Below are positions 1-13,084 of a stretch of DNA of 64,000 nucleotides, one piece after another. The translations under genes were made by a program, and so were the position numbers. Position 1 is the first letter of the stretch. The number at the start of each line of letters is the position of its first letter. The DNA is from Octopus sinensis. Lineage: Eukaryota. The DNA lies in the NCBI RefSeq assembly GCF_006345805.1, contig NC_043011.1, forward strand, positions 12,474,464 through 12,538,463, in the 5' to 3' direction. The notes under the pieces were generated by a model. That model was not told the origin of the DNA. It did no database searches and saw only the letters and a program-made list of their open reading frames with translations.

Positions 1-1032
1 TTGTAAGGCAGAGTGACGGTATTATGCTGAACAACATGTCATAAGAGGAAAGTACATCTATATAACAATGTAACTGTATTTAATTAAAGAAAGAAAAATT
101 GCTTAGAAAATATTAATAAAGGAGGTTATTCAACAAATATAGAATTCAGGTTAAGTGTGCCAACTGTCAATAATGTATCAAATACATGTTACCAGGCCAA
201 CAGAGAAATTTTCTGGTGAAATTGATCTAATAGGAGTCAGTAAAGAAAAGCAATTTAAGGGGAGTGTTTAGACACTCTGATAAAGAAATAACAGTAAGAC
301 TCTCATGTAAGAAATCGCATTAAGCAGTTGTGTGTTGTTCCTGATAACTATCAATAACTGTTTCAAGGGTATGGCTGAATGGTCACAAAGAATTTGAGTT
401 AGAGGACCAGACAATGGAAATGGTAGTCGTAGTAATGCTCAGCAGTACCTTAAGCAGTGCTATGGCTGGAATATGTATGGGTATTTTGTGTGTGTGTGAA
501 GAGATTATATGATGAATATTTGACAAGTATGAAAGGGAAATGTAGGCAAGGAAAGCAGATGGGCTGCAACAACAAAAGAACAAATTATAAATGATATATT
601 GATTGTAAGTGAATTATAAGACTGATTATTAAAATATAGAAATCTGTTGGTATTTTGGATTGCTTTAAGTATAAGATTAGTAAAGCAACCCTAATCTTCT
701 CACGAAGAGAAAAGAAAAGAAAAATGGGACAGAAAAGCAGAAGAAAAGACAGAGAAAGAAAAGTGAGAGAGGAAAGGATGTCTGCAGACAGGGCAAGTAT
801 ATGTCCAGACATCTAAAGAGAAAAACAGCAATTAAAAATACAGGTGTTGAAATAAAAATTGAAAGAAAGGTATATTTGAGAAAAACTACGGAAAAACCAC
901 ATGTGGGAAGCGAAAGGGTGCTATAAACTGATTATAGATAGAGAAAAAAAGTGAAGGTAGATAATAGAAGGGTCAGGTGATATTTCAAAATCAATTTAGA
1001 CACACATGTGGATATATGTTGATATATATAAT

Positions 1033-1433
1033 GGATGTTTTCCGTTTGAACGGCAGTTTTTTAAAATAATTTCCACGTAACTAAACGCTTTTAAACTTCG
1101 TATACTGGTAGAATCTGTTTATAAAACATCTTTTTCTCTTGGCTTTATTGAGATAGTTTGTAAGATATTTGTTGTTGTTTTTCTTCAATTTCTGCAATTT
1201 CAACCAATCAATGACATCTATTGAGGTGAAAACATTCTGTGCCGTATGAAAATGTTCCTCGTTTAAGAAACAGATTGGGTTTATTTACATTTCTGAAGAA
1301 AAAAAGATATCCTTCCCCCACCTCTAACCCTAACCCTAACCCCAAAATAGATTGAAATGCAATAGATCGATACTAGGGTCATAATTATGGGTGACAATTT
1401 CATATGACACTTCTGTTCAAACCGAAAAGATCC
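1033..1433 (+). mobile_element. MITE family M1 (GGATC TIRs, 8-bp TSD, internal CCCTAA repeats)
   Basis: TIR ggat(c)ttttc(g)gtttgaac / gttcaaaccgaaaagatcc; TSD tatataat (1025-1032, 1434-1441). Confidence 0.85.
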
Positions 1434-1699
1434 TATATAATTAACAATGAAACTGATGATGTTGATCTATTTCGTGACTACAGCCCTCAGAAACTGGTAG
1501 AAGATCAATGTTAAAATATACCATTTGTGTATTCTTACATTTCAAGATTACAATATTGTTATCTAGAACAAGAAATACAACACCTATATAATACTATGCA
1601 TTAATTATCCAAAAGAAAATGTTTATAGATAACTACTAAGAGGCTTGCATGTCTAAATTTTACATTTACATTTATATATACAGTAACTGAGAAATTAAG

Positions 1700-2085
1700 C
1701 AAGGTAATTAGTGGGGACGCTGGCCACGGGTAGTGTCAGAGCTATGCCGTCGGGAACTTCGGTTCCTGGTAGGGCCACCCAAGGCGGATTGGTGTCTGAC
1801 ACCGAGTGGTATTAGGGCCACAACCCGGCAGACGGAGGCCCTGGTGAAAATCCTTGGAGTGTCTGTTTCGTCAACCAGTGGCTCCTCGGTCATTCTGTCC
1901 CTGCATCTGCGGACAATCTACAGCAAACAGGATGTCTCCACATGCGGAATTGTTGGGGACTGCTTGTGAAATCCACATATTCCCACGAAACTTCTTCTGC
2001 CATGGTTCGAGATGCCTCGAGGGTGATAGAAGAAGCCGACTCAACCCGCTCAGGGTGAATGTCGCCACAAGTAGTAAGTAAGTAA
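1700..2085 (+). mobile_element. Short LINE 3' fragment (probably RTE clade)
   Basis: GC-rich patch with a WLLGHSV-like motif; ends gaagccgactcaacccgctcagggtgaatg + (GTAA)n, the same 3' motif as 60037-60070 on the minus strand. Confidence 0.5.
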
Positions 2086-2929
2086 TTAGTTTAAAATTGA
2101 GTATAATGGTGCATGCATAAAGAATCATGTCTTGAGCACAAAATACCATTTAATATTTTGATAGTCTTTCATCAAATGACTGTCAAGATTATTAAACTTG
2201 CTTTCTTGTTATGACCAACCAATATTCTCTACTTAGCTTTATATATTTTTCCAGTATTCATCACAGCACAAACAATCATTAGTCTCCTTGAACTCTAGTC
2301 ATTTATTCTTGACTATTATACAAATATCTAAATATCTATATTGAATCTTCAGAGGTCATGAAAGTCAGATGGAATTCATTAATTCATATACTACAAGCCC
2401 AGTTCATCAGATACTCATTAGCACACAAAATATTCTAGAATAAAATATTCTATTTTACCACCAGAAAAATATAAGACTTTTAAGACTTCATTAAAATGAT
2501 AAACTCTTGCCTGGTTAAAGAAATGTCAGCACTGATGCAACCACACAAAATGTACTTAACAGACTTCATTTCATAAATTAGATTAGTTTTTACAAAAAAT
2601 CCTTAGGTGCCAAACATTAGTATTACTGTTTCAGTTTCATTAGCATAAATAAAAACAAAGCCAAAAATACAACATGAAGTTTCCATGTTAAGTGAAAGCA
2701 AATAAATCTTTTCACTGTCATTTGCTTCTGAATTCTAGGATTTGTTCAATCATGATCAACATGATATAAACGTGCAGAAGGCTGATCATTGATTTTTTTA
2801 AAAAATATTACCTTAGCCTTTTTTTTTTTCCCCAGAGAATCAATGAATTACCAGCTAAACATTGACGCAGCAGTAGAAAATGATATGAAGAACTACATTT
2901 GTAATATTATACAAATCAAATCTGATGAC

Positions 2930-3470
2930 TAGCATCCGTGCTAGTGGGGTGCAAAGAGCACCATACGAGTGTGATCGTTGACAGAGTGGCTAACCGGCTT
3001 CTGTGCCAGTGGCACATAAAAGGCACCATTTGAATGTGATCATTACCAGCGTCGCCTTACTGGCACTTGTGCCCCATGCTAGTAGGGTGATAAGAGCACC
3101 ATCCAAGCATGATCGTTGCCAGAGTGGCTAACTGGCTTCCGTGCCGATGGCATGTAAAAGGCACCATTCGAGAGTGATTGTTACCAGTGTCGCCTTACTG
3201 GCACTTGTGCAGGTGGCACGTATAAAAACATTCGAGCCAGGTTGTTGCCAGTAACGCCTGACTGGCCCCCGTGCTGGTGGCATGTAAAAGCACCCACTAC
3301 AGTCTCAGAGTGTTTGGCATTAGGAAGTGCATCCAGCTGTAGAAACTCTGCTAGATCAAGATTGGAGCCTGGTGCAGCCATCTGGTTTGCCAGTCCTCAG
3401 TCAAATTGTCCAACCCATGCTAGCATGGAAAGCGGACGTTAAACAATGATGATGATGATGATGATGATTT
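2930..3470 (+). repeat. LINE 3'-tail-type repeat with two about 139-bp tandem units and (GAT)n tail
   Basis: Units 2933-3072 and 3073-3210; related tails at about 11270-11660 and 36915-37315. Confidence 0.75.
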
Positions 3471-4025
3471 ACCAACATATGTTGTTATTTCTAAGTTATA
3501 AACAGAGACATATGTTTTATATCTTTAATATGGCTAAGTCCTGATAATAAATATATAGGTATAACATGAAACATAAAAGCACAATTCAGCAATGCCTTTT
3601 GTGTGATAATATGAAAATGTTTGATCTGTTTTGTAATGTAAGTAGTAGAGTGTACCACAAAATCATTCAGAGATGTGATTTTACTTTTCTTTTTAGTAAA
3701 TCATGGCCATTCTGATTTTGTTGTTATTGCTGTTAACACCAACTTGACTCTGATGGAAGAGACATGATCAAAGGCATTTCACATGGGACTATGCCATCAT
3801 TTCAGCATCAACGTCCAGCCTGTCCTTTCATGTTAAGGTGGTAGTTTGTGATTTGAGGAAAATTTAGCTGCTATTTCTAACCAGTCAAAGGCTTCCACAT
3901 TAGTTGGACGATTCTGATATTTTGTTGTTGTTTAGCTCCAGGTTAACCCTGATTGAATGTATGTATGAAAGAGATAGTTCAACATTGCCCATCTTCTTTG
4001 TTTAAGAGTCTCTAGGACCACATTA

Positions 4026-4243
4026 GGCGATCCTTCGGTATAAGTACCAGAAGTACTGGAAGTGGCTTTGTTTACATTTCTGAAGATAACAGAAACCCTT
4101 TTCTCCCACCCCTAACCCTAACCCTAACACAAGCCCTAACCCTAACTCTAACCCTAACCCTAACTCTAACCCCCCAAATATATTAAAAAAACACTTTCTT
4201 GAAATGTATCCAGTACTTCCGGTACTTATACCGAAGTTACACC
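4026..4243. mobile_element. MITE family M2 (GG termini, 8-bp TSD, telomere-repeat core)
   Basis: 28-bp near-perfect IR 4033-4060 / 4209-4236; TSD ccacatta (4018-4025, 4244-4251); about 9 CCCTAA-like units at 4110-4173. Confidence 0.85.
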
Positions 4244-4470
4244 CCACATTATTCAATGTTTTCTACTCTTTCTTGAAGAGAGTAAGATATCGCAAATAAA
4301 TAATATGAATTATAAAATAAAAGATACATTTTAAGTAATAGAGATAAGGCTGGGTTGATTAAGGATAACAGAGGCTCAGAGGAGAATAAGTTAAGCAATG
4401 AAAAAGATTACGTTTATATATTTGTTTTGCAAGATTTTTGATGTGAAATTGTGTGTTGAAACAGATATAG

Positions 4471-4798
4471 TTGTATTTAGGAATGGTTATTTTGCCAGTT
4501 TAGCCAATAAAAACACACGTACTATATATTTGGCGTTACTTTGCTTCAGTGTTATTTATGTTTTACATTAATCTTAATCTTATTTCGGCCAGAGTTCTTT
4601 CGTCACACTCCTGTGACCGCATCAGTGGTCCTTTGCTTTCTTCTTTCTTCTTTGTGTGTCTCTCCTTACTAACAGTCAGCCATTTTGTATTTTGTATTTC
4701 TATTGTATGTGTCTTCATTTGCGCATAAGTAACACCAAATATATGGTGCGTGTTTTTTTATTGGCTAAACTGGAAAAAATGACCATTCCTAAATACAA
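4471..4798. repeat. Fold-back element, about 70-bp arms, hammerhead remnant in the spacer
   Basis: Arms 4471-4541 and 4727-4798. Confidence 0.8.
4587..4631 (-). ncRNA. Decayed hammerhead motif inside a fold-back element
   Basis: Minus strand GGACCA-CTGATGC G-GTCACA GGAG TGTGAC-GAAA-GAAC-TC-TGGCC. A9C change; perfect 6-bp stem II. Confidence 0.4.
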
Positions 4799-5021
4799 CA
4801 ATGAAAAAAATGAAAAATGAAAATAAATTGACTAATGTGGCTGATAATACAGAAATAAAAAATGAGAAATTTAGGATTAAAACTAGATGTGGTGATCCAT
4901 TAGAAGTAAGAAAGCCAGGTTATGTGAGTAGTTTTAGGTTCAAAGGACAATACACAGGAGTGCATTATAGTCATCAACACAAATGTATGTTTTCTATAAA
5001 ATAGAATTAAAGTCTTATATA

Positions 5022-5625
5022 TATCAGGTCATCCCATAAGTTCTGTCCAAATTTTGAATAAAGAAAACAAATGATCAAATGTTATATATCATTGAAATTT
5101 AATCATCAATATGCTTTCCCTGATTATCTATGACTTCCTTCCATCTATTTACAAGGTTTTTAATCTCATCAATGTAAAACTCTTTTAGTTTCAAAGAGAA
5201 GAACTCTGAAATGTCAGATTCGATCTCCTCCTGACTTGTGAAAATTATGTCCCCCAAATGATTCTGTAAACTATGAAACAAATGGTAGTCTGAAGGAGCA
5301 AGGTCAGAAGAATAAGGTGGATGAGGAATTTTTTCCCAACCAAGCTCTTCGATCTTCTGTCATGTGATCTTTGCAGTGTGGTGTCGTGCATTGTCCTTAT
5401 GAAACATAATTCTTTGTTTCACTAAAGCGGGTCTTTTTTCCTTAAAGGCTTGGTACAAACATTCTAATTGCTGACAGTAGACTTGAGCATTGATTGTTGC
5501 ATTAGGTGGTAACAATTCAAAGTGAATTACTCCTTTGCAATCCCACCTGATAGAGAGAAGAACCTTTTCGCCATGAAGTTCCCTTCTCGGTTGTGGTTGA
5601 GCTTTTTCCCTTTTACCAAAACTGT
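5022..5625 (-). mobile_element. 3' half of a mariner transposon
   Basis: Reverse translation ...KVLLSIRWDCKGVIHFELLPPN...FHKDNARHH...HPPYSSDLAPSDYHLFHSLQNHL...WKEVIDNQGKHIDD; TIR-like tcaggtcatcccataagttctgtcc at 5024. Confidence 0.9.
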
Positions 5626-5769
5626 AAATACATTGGATCGGCTAGCACAGCCTTTAAGTGACACTTCTACTACCACCGGTCATCTTTCAACGTCCCAGAA
5701 AGATGTTTCATCACGTCCCTGGCCAGCCATGTGTAACACCTCAAAGATCAAGAGACCCCATATGATATT

Positions 5770-6028
5770 GTGGAGGCACATGACCTAGTCGTTAGAGCAG
5801 AGGACTCGCGGTCGAGGGATCGCACGTTTGAATCTCAGACTGGGCGATGTGTGTGTTTATGAGCGAAACACCTAAACTCTTTTGCCACAACTTCCTCTCA
5901 CTCTTTCCTCCTGCATCTTGCAGCTCACCTGTGATGGACCGGCGTCCTGTCCAGGTGGGGAACCAATACGCCAAGGAAACCGGGAAACCGGCCCTTATGA
6001 GCCAGACATGGCTCAAGAAGGAACAAAC
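5770..6028 (+). mobile_element. SINE family B (tRNA-like head gtggaggcacatggcctagtggttagagc)
   Basis: A/B-box-like head; probable TSD atatgatat/atgtgatat. Confidence 0.85.
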
Positions 6029-6403
6029 ATGTGATATCAGGTAGAAGATCTTAGAACAACTGGGCCCCTATACTAATAGGAGTGGGCACTGCAAGATCTG
6101 CATTGCTGAGCAAACCAGAATACTTAATAAATATACTAGGCCTGGTTTTCTGAATAACCATCAAGAAATATACACACAATGCATCCATTTCAAGTGCTGC
6201 CTGCTGCAAAATTATGATTCTCCGTTCGCTGATTAAGCTCTTAAGAGTCACTATGAGATAGGTCCCTATTTCCCAATAATGGCTGGTCTAGGGGAGATAA
6301 CCTGTCCTCAGCAATGCTGGAACTTTCTTTCCCTGATGGCTGTTTGACCAGTTGACCGTAACATTTTTCCATGTCCGAGAGGTGAAAAGTCAAACTTGTC
6401 TTT

Positions 6404-6470
6404 GTATAGTCTGATGAGCTGTCCACAAGGCTGTGGCTTTCATGGATGCAAAACCATTGGTCAGTCTATG
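6404..6470 (+). ncRNA. Decayed hammerhead motif about 180 bp 3' of a Penelope GIY-YIG fragment
   Basis: CTGATGA(6411)-GC TGTCCA...TGGAT GC-AAAA (GAAA lost, consistent with CpG decay)-CCATTGG-TC-AGTCTATG. Confidence 0.45.
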
Positions 6471-6491
6471 ACCAGACTTTTAACATTAATG

Positions 6492-6536
<45 letters not shown>

Positions 6537-6629
6537 CAACAATTGAGGGTAAAATTAATTAATTATTAATCAATTTCACCAAGTATTCAGTATGCAAAGG
6601 GACCATTTAAGGCGAATTCAAATTATTAC

Positions 6630-6952
6630 ATTATATAAAAGGGCTTAGTAAAATAAATTACTGTGGTTGAGCTTTTTCCCTTTTACCAAAACTGTAAATA
6701 CATTGGATCGGCTAGCACAGCCTTTAAGTGACACTTCTACTACCACCGGTCATCTTTCAACGTCCCAGAAAGATGTTTCATCACGTCCCTGGCCAGCCAT
6801 GTGTAACACCTCAAAGATCAAGAGACCCCATATGATATTGTGGAGGCACATGACCTAGTCGTTAGAGCAGAGGACTCGCGGTCGAGGGATCGCACGTTTG
6901 AATCTCAGACTGGGCGATGTGTGGCAAAGTAATTTATTTTACTAAGCCCTTT

Positions 6953-6960
<8 letters not shown>
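6630..6960. mobile_element. Perfect 33-bp inverted repeats enclosing an exact 262-bp copy of 5592-5853
   Basis: attatataaaagggcttagtaaaataaattact at 6630-6662 and its reverse complement at 6928-6960; 6662-6923 identical to 5592-5853. Confidence 0.9.
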
Positions 6961-7006
<46 letters not shown>

Positions 7007-7013
<7 letters not shown>

Positions 7014-7240
7014 CAATAAGAGGCTTTGAAATGGGAAAGCCTTGTGCTAGAAAGAGCAGTAGAAAACTCAAACCACCGAATAGGGATAAATTTTCGAAAG
7101 GAATGAAAATTAAAAACGTTTACCATCTCGTTTTTAATTTTTATTTCTTTCGAGAATTTATCCCAATTTGGTGGTTTGAGTTTTCTACTGCTCCTTCTAG
7201 CACAAAGCTTTCCTATTTGGAAGCCTCTTATTGTATTTCT
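7007..7240. repeat. Fold-back element, about 110-bp imperfect arms, 10-nt loop
   Basis: Arms 7007-7118 and 7129-7240. Confidence 0.85.
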
Positions 7241-7333
7241 ATGTGAATTATATAGTCTTAATGACTAATTCGATTTTGTGCTAGGCCACTGGTAATAATA
7301 ATTTCTTATTGCCCAATTGTTATTTATTATGTT

Positions 7334-7364
<31 letters not shown>

Positions 7365-7495
7365 GCACAAACACAGATATATATATGTGTAAATCGTGTA
7401 AGAGTCCACACGTCAAGGAAAAATGCACTCATATATCTGTCAGTAGAGTGGGTATAGTATCCGAAATATCATATAGTATCATATATCCATTATGG

Positions 7496-7582
7496 ACGAT
7501 CTTACCAATTGGTTTTGCTCTTGGGGGTTCAATGGAGTGTTAGGTAACAATCCGATTATGTAACCCTATGCTCATCATAGGA
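7496..7582 (-). ncRNA. Strongly decayed hammerhead-like motif
   Basis: Minus strand ATGATGA-GC...GC-AAAA-CCAATTGG-TA. Palindromic stem III retained, core eroded; element flanked by (TA)n. Confidence 0.3.
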
Positions 7583-7940
7583 AGTCAATATGGAATGAAA
7601 TATGGCAAATGCTCTCTATAAACTTACATATATATAAACACACACACACACACATACACACGCACACACGCATACACAAGCATTTAAGTTGTTCTCCATA
7701 CATGGGGACCTATCAACATTAACTTTGTGTGTGTGTGTCTTTGAGTATGTGTTTGTACGCATCACCGCTTGACCACTGGTTCCTGTAACTTAGTGGTTTG
7801 ACAAAAGGGATGGATAGAATAAGTATGAGACTAAAGAATAAACACCAGGATTTATCTGTTTGACTAAATCCTTCAAGTGTGATGCCCCAGCATGGCTGCA
7901 ATTCAATGATTGAGATAGGCAAAGGATAGAAGATAAAAGA

Positions 7941-7976
<36 letters not shown>

Positions 7977-8056
7977 GCACCCACTCACACACATGTTAGT
8001 ATTTGCTTTGTAAGACTGGCTACTTTGCTCTAATAAAATAATAGCTGAAATATATA

Positions 8057-8466
8057 TACTCTTTTACTCTTTTACTTGTTTCAGTCATTTGACTGCGGCC
8101 ATGCTGGAGCACCGCCTTTAGTCGAGCAAATCGACCCCGGGACTTATTCTTTGTAAGCCCAGTACTTATTCTATCGGTCTCTTTTGCCGAACCGCTAGGT
8201 GACGAGGACATAAACACATCAGCATCGGTTGTCAAGCAATGCTAGGGGGACAAACACAGACACACAAACACACACACGCATATATATATATATACATATA
8301 TACGACAGGCTTCTTTCAGTTTCCGTCTACCAAATCCACTCACAAGGCATTGGTCGGCCCGGGGCTATAGCAGAAGACACTTGCCCAAGGTGCCACGCAG
8401 TGGGACTGAACCTAGAACCATGTGGTTGGTTAGCAAGCTACTTACCACACAGCCACTCCTGCGCCT
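8057..8466 (-). mobile_element. SINE family A (tRNA-derived head, internal (TA)/(TG) tract, AGTAAAAG tail)
   Basis: Full-length match to about 15 other copies in the window. Confidence 0.9.
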
Positions 8467-8488
8467 ATGGGCCATTTTGTAAGAAAAC

Positions 8489-8865
8489 AGGTGTGGCTGT
8501 GTGGTAAGAAGCTTGCTTCCCAACCACATAGTACCGGGTTCAGAGCCACTGTGTGGCACCTTGGGCAAATGTCTTCTACTGTAGCCTCGGATTGACCAAA
8601 GCCTTGTGAGTGGATTTGGTAGACAGAAACTGAAAGAAGCTTGGTGTATATATATTTGTGTGTGTGTTTGTCCCTCCCCCACCATTGCTTGACAACCGAT
8701 GTTGGTGTGCTTACATCCCTGTAACTTAGCAGTTCAGCAAAAGAGACTGATAGAATAAGTACTAGGCTTACAAAGAATAAGTCCTGGGGTTGATTTGCTC
8801 GACTAAAAGCAGTGCTCAAGCATGGCTGCAGTCAAATGACTGAAACAAGTAAAGGAATAAAAGAA
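8489..8865 (+). mobile_element. SINE family A
   Basis: Head-to-head with the previous copy, 22 bp apart. Confidence 0.85.
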
Positions 8866-8869
8866 TATC

Positions 8870-8969
8870 TATCTATCCATATATATATATATATATATAT
8901 ATATATGGATGGATGGATGAGTGTGTGGGTGGGTGGGTAGGAAGGTAGGTAGGTAGGTAGGTAGGTAGG

Positions 8970-9041
<72 letters not shown>

Positions 9042-9043
9042 CT

Positions 9044-9110
<67 letters not shown>
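8870..9110. repeat. Compound (TA)/(GGAT)/(GGTA)/(GATA)n microsatellite
   Basis: Direct reading. Confidence 0.95.
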
Positions 9111-9657
9111 CCTCACTTTATCAAATTCCACTCAAAATATATGCTACAACTGTATCAGGGTAAAAATGAAATATAATTATTTTCTATAAATGATTATTCC
9201 TTATGACAAAATAGCACCAACAATTTTGAGGAGATAGGTTTAATCAGTACCACTGGCCCCCACTGGTACTTTATTTTTCAACTCTGAAAATAAGAAAGGC
9301 AAAAGTGACTGTGGCATGATTTCGACTCAGAATATAAAGTGTCCTAACTAAATACTGTTAGCTCATGAGCTTTAACAGCAAACAGTTTCATCAGAATGGT
9401 GTTAAGAGAAGACATCCAATTTACCTGAGAGTGAAAGATGGCATATAACTACATTCCATTATTAACAATTGAACATTGTGTTCTATTTTTGTAACTGTTT
9501 ATGATATTGAATACAAAATGATCTTTGTGTAATAACCTTTCTCTTGTCATACATGTTTACAAAGATTGCTGTTATGAAACAAGTCAGAAGTAGAAGTAAC
9601 AAATGAACTGTATGGCAATCACGGACAAATAATTGCTACCAAAAGTATAGAGCTTGT

Positions 9658-10068
9658 GGATCTTTTCGGTTTGAACGGCATTTTTTTCTAGCGGTGTCAT
9701 ATGAAATTGTCACCCATAATTATGACCCTAGTATCGATCTATTGCATTTCGATCTGTTTTAGGGTTAGGAGTAGGGGGAAGGGTATCTTTTTTTTTTCAC
9801 AAATGTAAATTAAACCCAATCTGTTTCTTAAACGAGGGAATATTCATACGGCAGGGAATGTTTTTTACCTCAATAGACGTCATTGATTGGTTGAAATTGC
9901 AGAAATTGAAGAAAAAAACCAACAAATATCTTACAAACTATAGAATTTTCTCAATAAAGCCAAGAGAAAAAGATGTTTTATAAACACATTCTACCAGTAT
10001 ATGAAGTTTAAAATTTTTTAGTTACCCAGAAATTATGTTAAAAACTGCCATTCAATCCAAAAAGATCC
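9658..10068 (-). mobile_element. MITE family M1, reverse orientation
   Basis: Same TIRs and body as 1033-1433, inverted; TSD not recognisable. Confidence 0.8.
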
Positions 10069-10163
10069 AGCAATCGTTGCCTGTCTTGTGACAAGGAAAA
10101 GTAGTTGAGTGCTTTTTACTTTGAGCAGATATTTAGTTGGCTACTTCACACCCCACACACATT

Positions 10164-10205
<42 letters not shown>

Positions 10206-12863
10206 ACACACACACATCACACGAACATATGCACACAACTATGGAAAAAAAAAAAATCAGAATGAGGGAGAGCACATGTTTACACATATTTTGTATTGCT
10301 ATAGACAGTTAATGCATAAAACTATTTCTATTCATTACATTCAATGTGTATTCTTCAATAGTCCTTGAAGAGTGTTTATTGATTGAGGTTTCATTTATCC
10401 TCAGTGATTCTCTGATATTGAATTTCAACTTTGAAACTGTTTTCTAGGTCATAAGTAGTAAAACAAAGGCAACATTAGTATACATTGATGCTATTAACAT
10501 ATATATTCTTTTAGGTAATGAGTAACATTTTTCTACAATACATAAAAAAATTTAGGTAGCAAATCACAATAAATTCACATTAACTCCCTGTAATAAAAAT
10601 CACATACATGCTACACAGGATGTTTATAGAAGCCCTATTAATTCTGAAAAGCAAATCCTGTCTTCAACAGACAATAGACAGAACATGACAATTGTGGTTT
10701 TACAAAAGCACCAGCTTCTCACATAACATCTATTTTTATGGCTTAGTGAAAAAAATAAAGGGTAGTACTTGTGACCTTAACAAGACTTCTGATATTAATG
10801 TGAAAAGGAAATCATTACTCATGGGTTGCTGCTAACCATTAATTTAGTCTCTGCAAGTAGGACAGTGATTGCAGGTAGGCTAGCCATTAACTAGCATATT
10901 ATCCTAAGGTTAGTCTTCAGCCCTGACTGGCTACCAGCCTCTGCTGGAGGACCACTTCCATATGTAAATTCTAAGAAAACAGGGATATTTTGCGAAGGCA
11001 GGATTCAATATATCAAGATATTCTAAGACTGGGGATCATGTTCAAATGATTGTAATGCAATGGATCCCCCTAAAGATACTGAATTTTGGGTGGTAATGTT
11101 AAACTAGGCAATGGACGAGATCATTAGCCTGTTCTTATTGATTAATCAAAATATTATGAGAAAAAGGACCAAGTGAAATCAAATCAGAAATGTATCTAAA
11201 TATAGAAAACTCACAAGAAAATATTGAATTTCTGGCTGCTGCTGCTGCTGATGATGATGATCATCATCATCATCCTCATCATCATTTAAACTCCATTGTA
11301 TATGCTGGCATTGGTTTGACGGTTTGACCAGGACTGGTAAGGTGAGGGGCTGCACCAAATTCCAGTCTGATTTGGCATGGTTTCTACAGCTGGATGTCCT
11401 TCCTAACGTCAACCCCTCCAAGAGTGTAATGGGCACTTTTGCATACTACAAGCATGGGTGCCTGTTGTCTGACACCAGAGTCTACCATGACTTTGATTTC
11501 AGTTGGTTTGATGGGTCTTCTTCTCAAGCACAGCCTATTGCCAAAGGTCTCAGTCATTCGTCATTGCCCCCACATGGCCCAACACTTGAAAGGTGCTTTT
11601 TATGTGCCACTCGTACAGGTGCTAGTTACATGACACAAACATCGGCCCCATTTCCTTCAGTTTGAGAGACCGGATCCAAAATCCTTCTCACAGAAGGCAA
11701 TCTCTTACAGAATTTGAAATAAGCAACAAAGTATGAATCAAGTAGACAATGTAGTGAGGTGGTTGGTGTCATATGGTGAGACACCAGATATCTGGCCACA
11801 ATTTTGTCAGAACCGATAAATTTCTCAATTTTAAATGCTTCATTTACCTCTCTAATTCAGTTTGTATACAACTTGTCTTCTACAAAAGAATATTACTTAA
11901 AATTTGGTTGTTAATCAACAATAAAGATGCACCCATTTCATAGTGTTTCAGTGTTTTTGTTCTCTTTGTGAATGTTTCATAGCATGAGTCCCTTTGTTTA
12001 AACGCATGCTTGCAAATGATGGGTCTAACTTGCATTCAAAACACAATTGATGAGGTGTGCATGTGTGAATGATGTTACTGTTGCTGTCAAATGTTTTGCT
12101 TAAAATGTTATTGTTTTCGATTTTCAACAGCATTAATTTTCGTTTTATTTATTCATTTCCTGCAATTAGAAAGTCTCTGTGCGTAGTATTCATTTTTGCA
12201 TTTGCTTTTTTTTTCCTTTTTTTTTTTGTACAGCAACTCTCTCACTCTGTTCATTGTCATATTGAACAGTGGTTCCCATAAAACAAGAGGCTATTATTGA
12301 TATAAAATTACACATTGAAAGCAATTGGAATTAGTTGAAAGAAAAACCACCATGTTGTTTTACCCTGGTATGGATCAGACTTATAAATAATTGAAATAAA
12401 AAATCTGTGTATAAAATAGAATCCAGAATGAATATTATTTTTTTCAGTTACATTTGAAATACATTCAGAATTCTCAAAATCCATTCATGTTCATTAGAAC
12501 AAGTCAACCTCAATAATAAAAGTTCTAATAGAGGCATGAGGTCATGGATTTGGTGGGAGGGTTTAGGTGAGTATATCAATCCTAATATTTGACTAATACT
12601 TTATTTGGTCCCAATGGTAGATTAGTACTTTATTTTATCAATCCTGGTATTTGACAGGTACTTATTTTATTAACTTCAAAATGACGAAAGGGAAAAGTTG
12701 ACATCAGTGGAATTTGAACTCGGAAAGTAAAGAGTCAAAAGCAAATAAATCAATGCAATTTTTCTGACACTAACTTTTGTACCAATCCACCAATAATACT
12801 AATAATTATTTTTAATTTGTGTACAAGGCCTGCAGTTTCAAGGGTAGTGATTTAGTTGGTTAA

Positions 12864-13084
12864 CCCTTTCGTTACCAACCCGGCTGAAACCGGCTCTGGC
12901 TCTGTAGTACAAATGTCTTGTTTTCATAAGTGTTGAATTAAAATCTTCCACCAAACCTTAGTCACAATTTATGTTCCTAACATAAGCTTAATGATAACTA
13001 AGATCTTTTACTAAATTCTTTGTTATACGTAAAGTAATTGAAAGAAACACAGAGCATCTCAAAATAAATACAGTAACGAAAGGG
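12864..13084. mobile_element. piggyBac-like MITE
   Basis: TTAA-ccctttcgttac ... gtaacgaaaggg-TTAA. Confidence 0.85.

Larger units (their letters stand above)
5618..6480 (+). mobile_element. Penelope-like retroelement 3' fragment (GIY-YIG endonuclease), interrupted by a SINE
   Basis: Plus frame YIGSASTAFK*HFYYHRSSF...TSLASHV*HLKDQETPYDI [SINE] R*KILEQLGPYTNRSGHCKICIAEQ...LNNHQEIYTQCIH resembles a PLE GIY-YIG C-terminus; decayed hammerhead downstream. Confidence 0.8.

Noticed and set aside
4110-4173. Telomere or chromosome fusion site
   Set aside because: Short degenerate tract inside a TIR/TSD-bounded MITE.
5770-5850. tRNA-like sequences here and at 49959, 48336 and 13161
   Set aside because: SINE heads continuous with SINE bodies; no complete cloverleaf.
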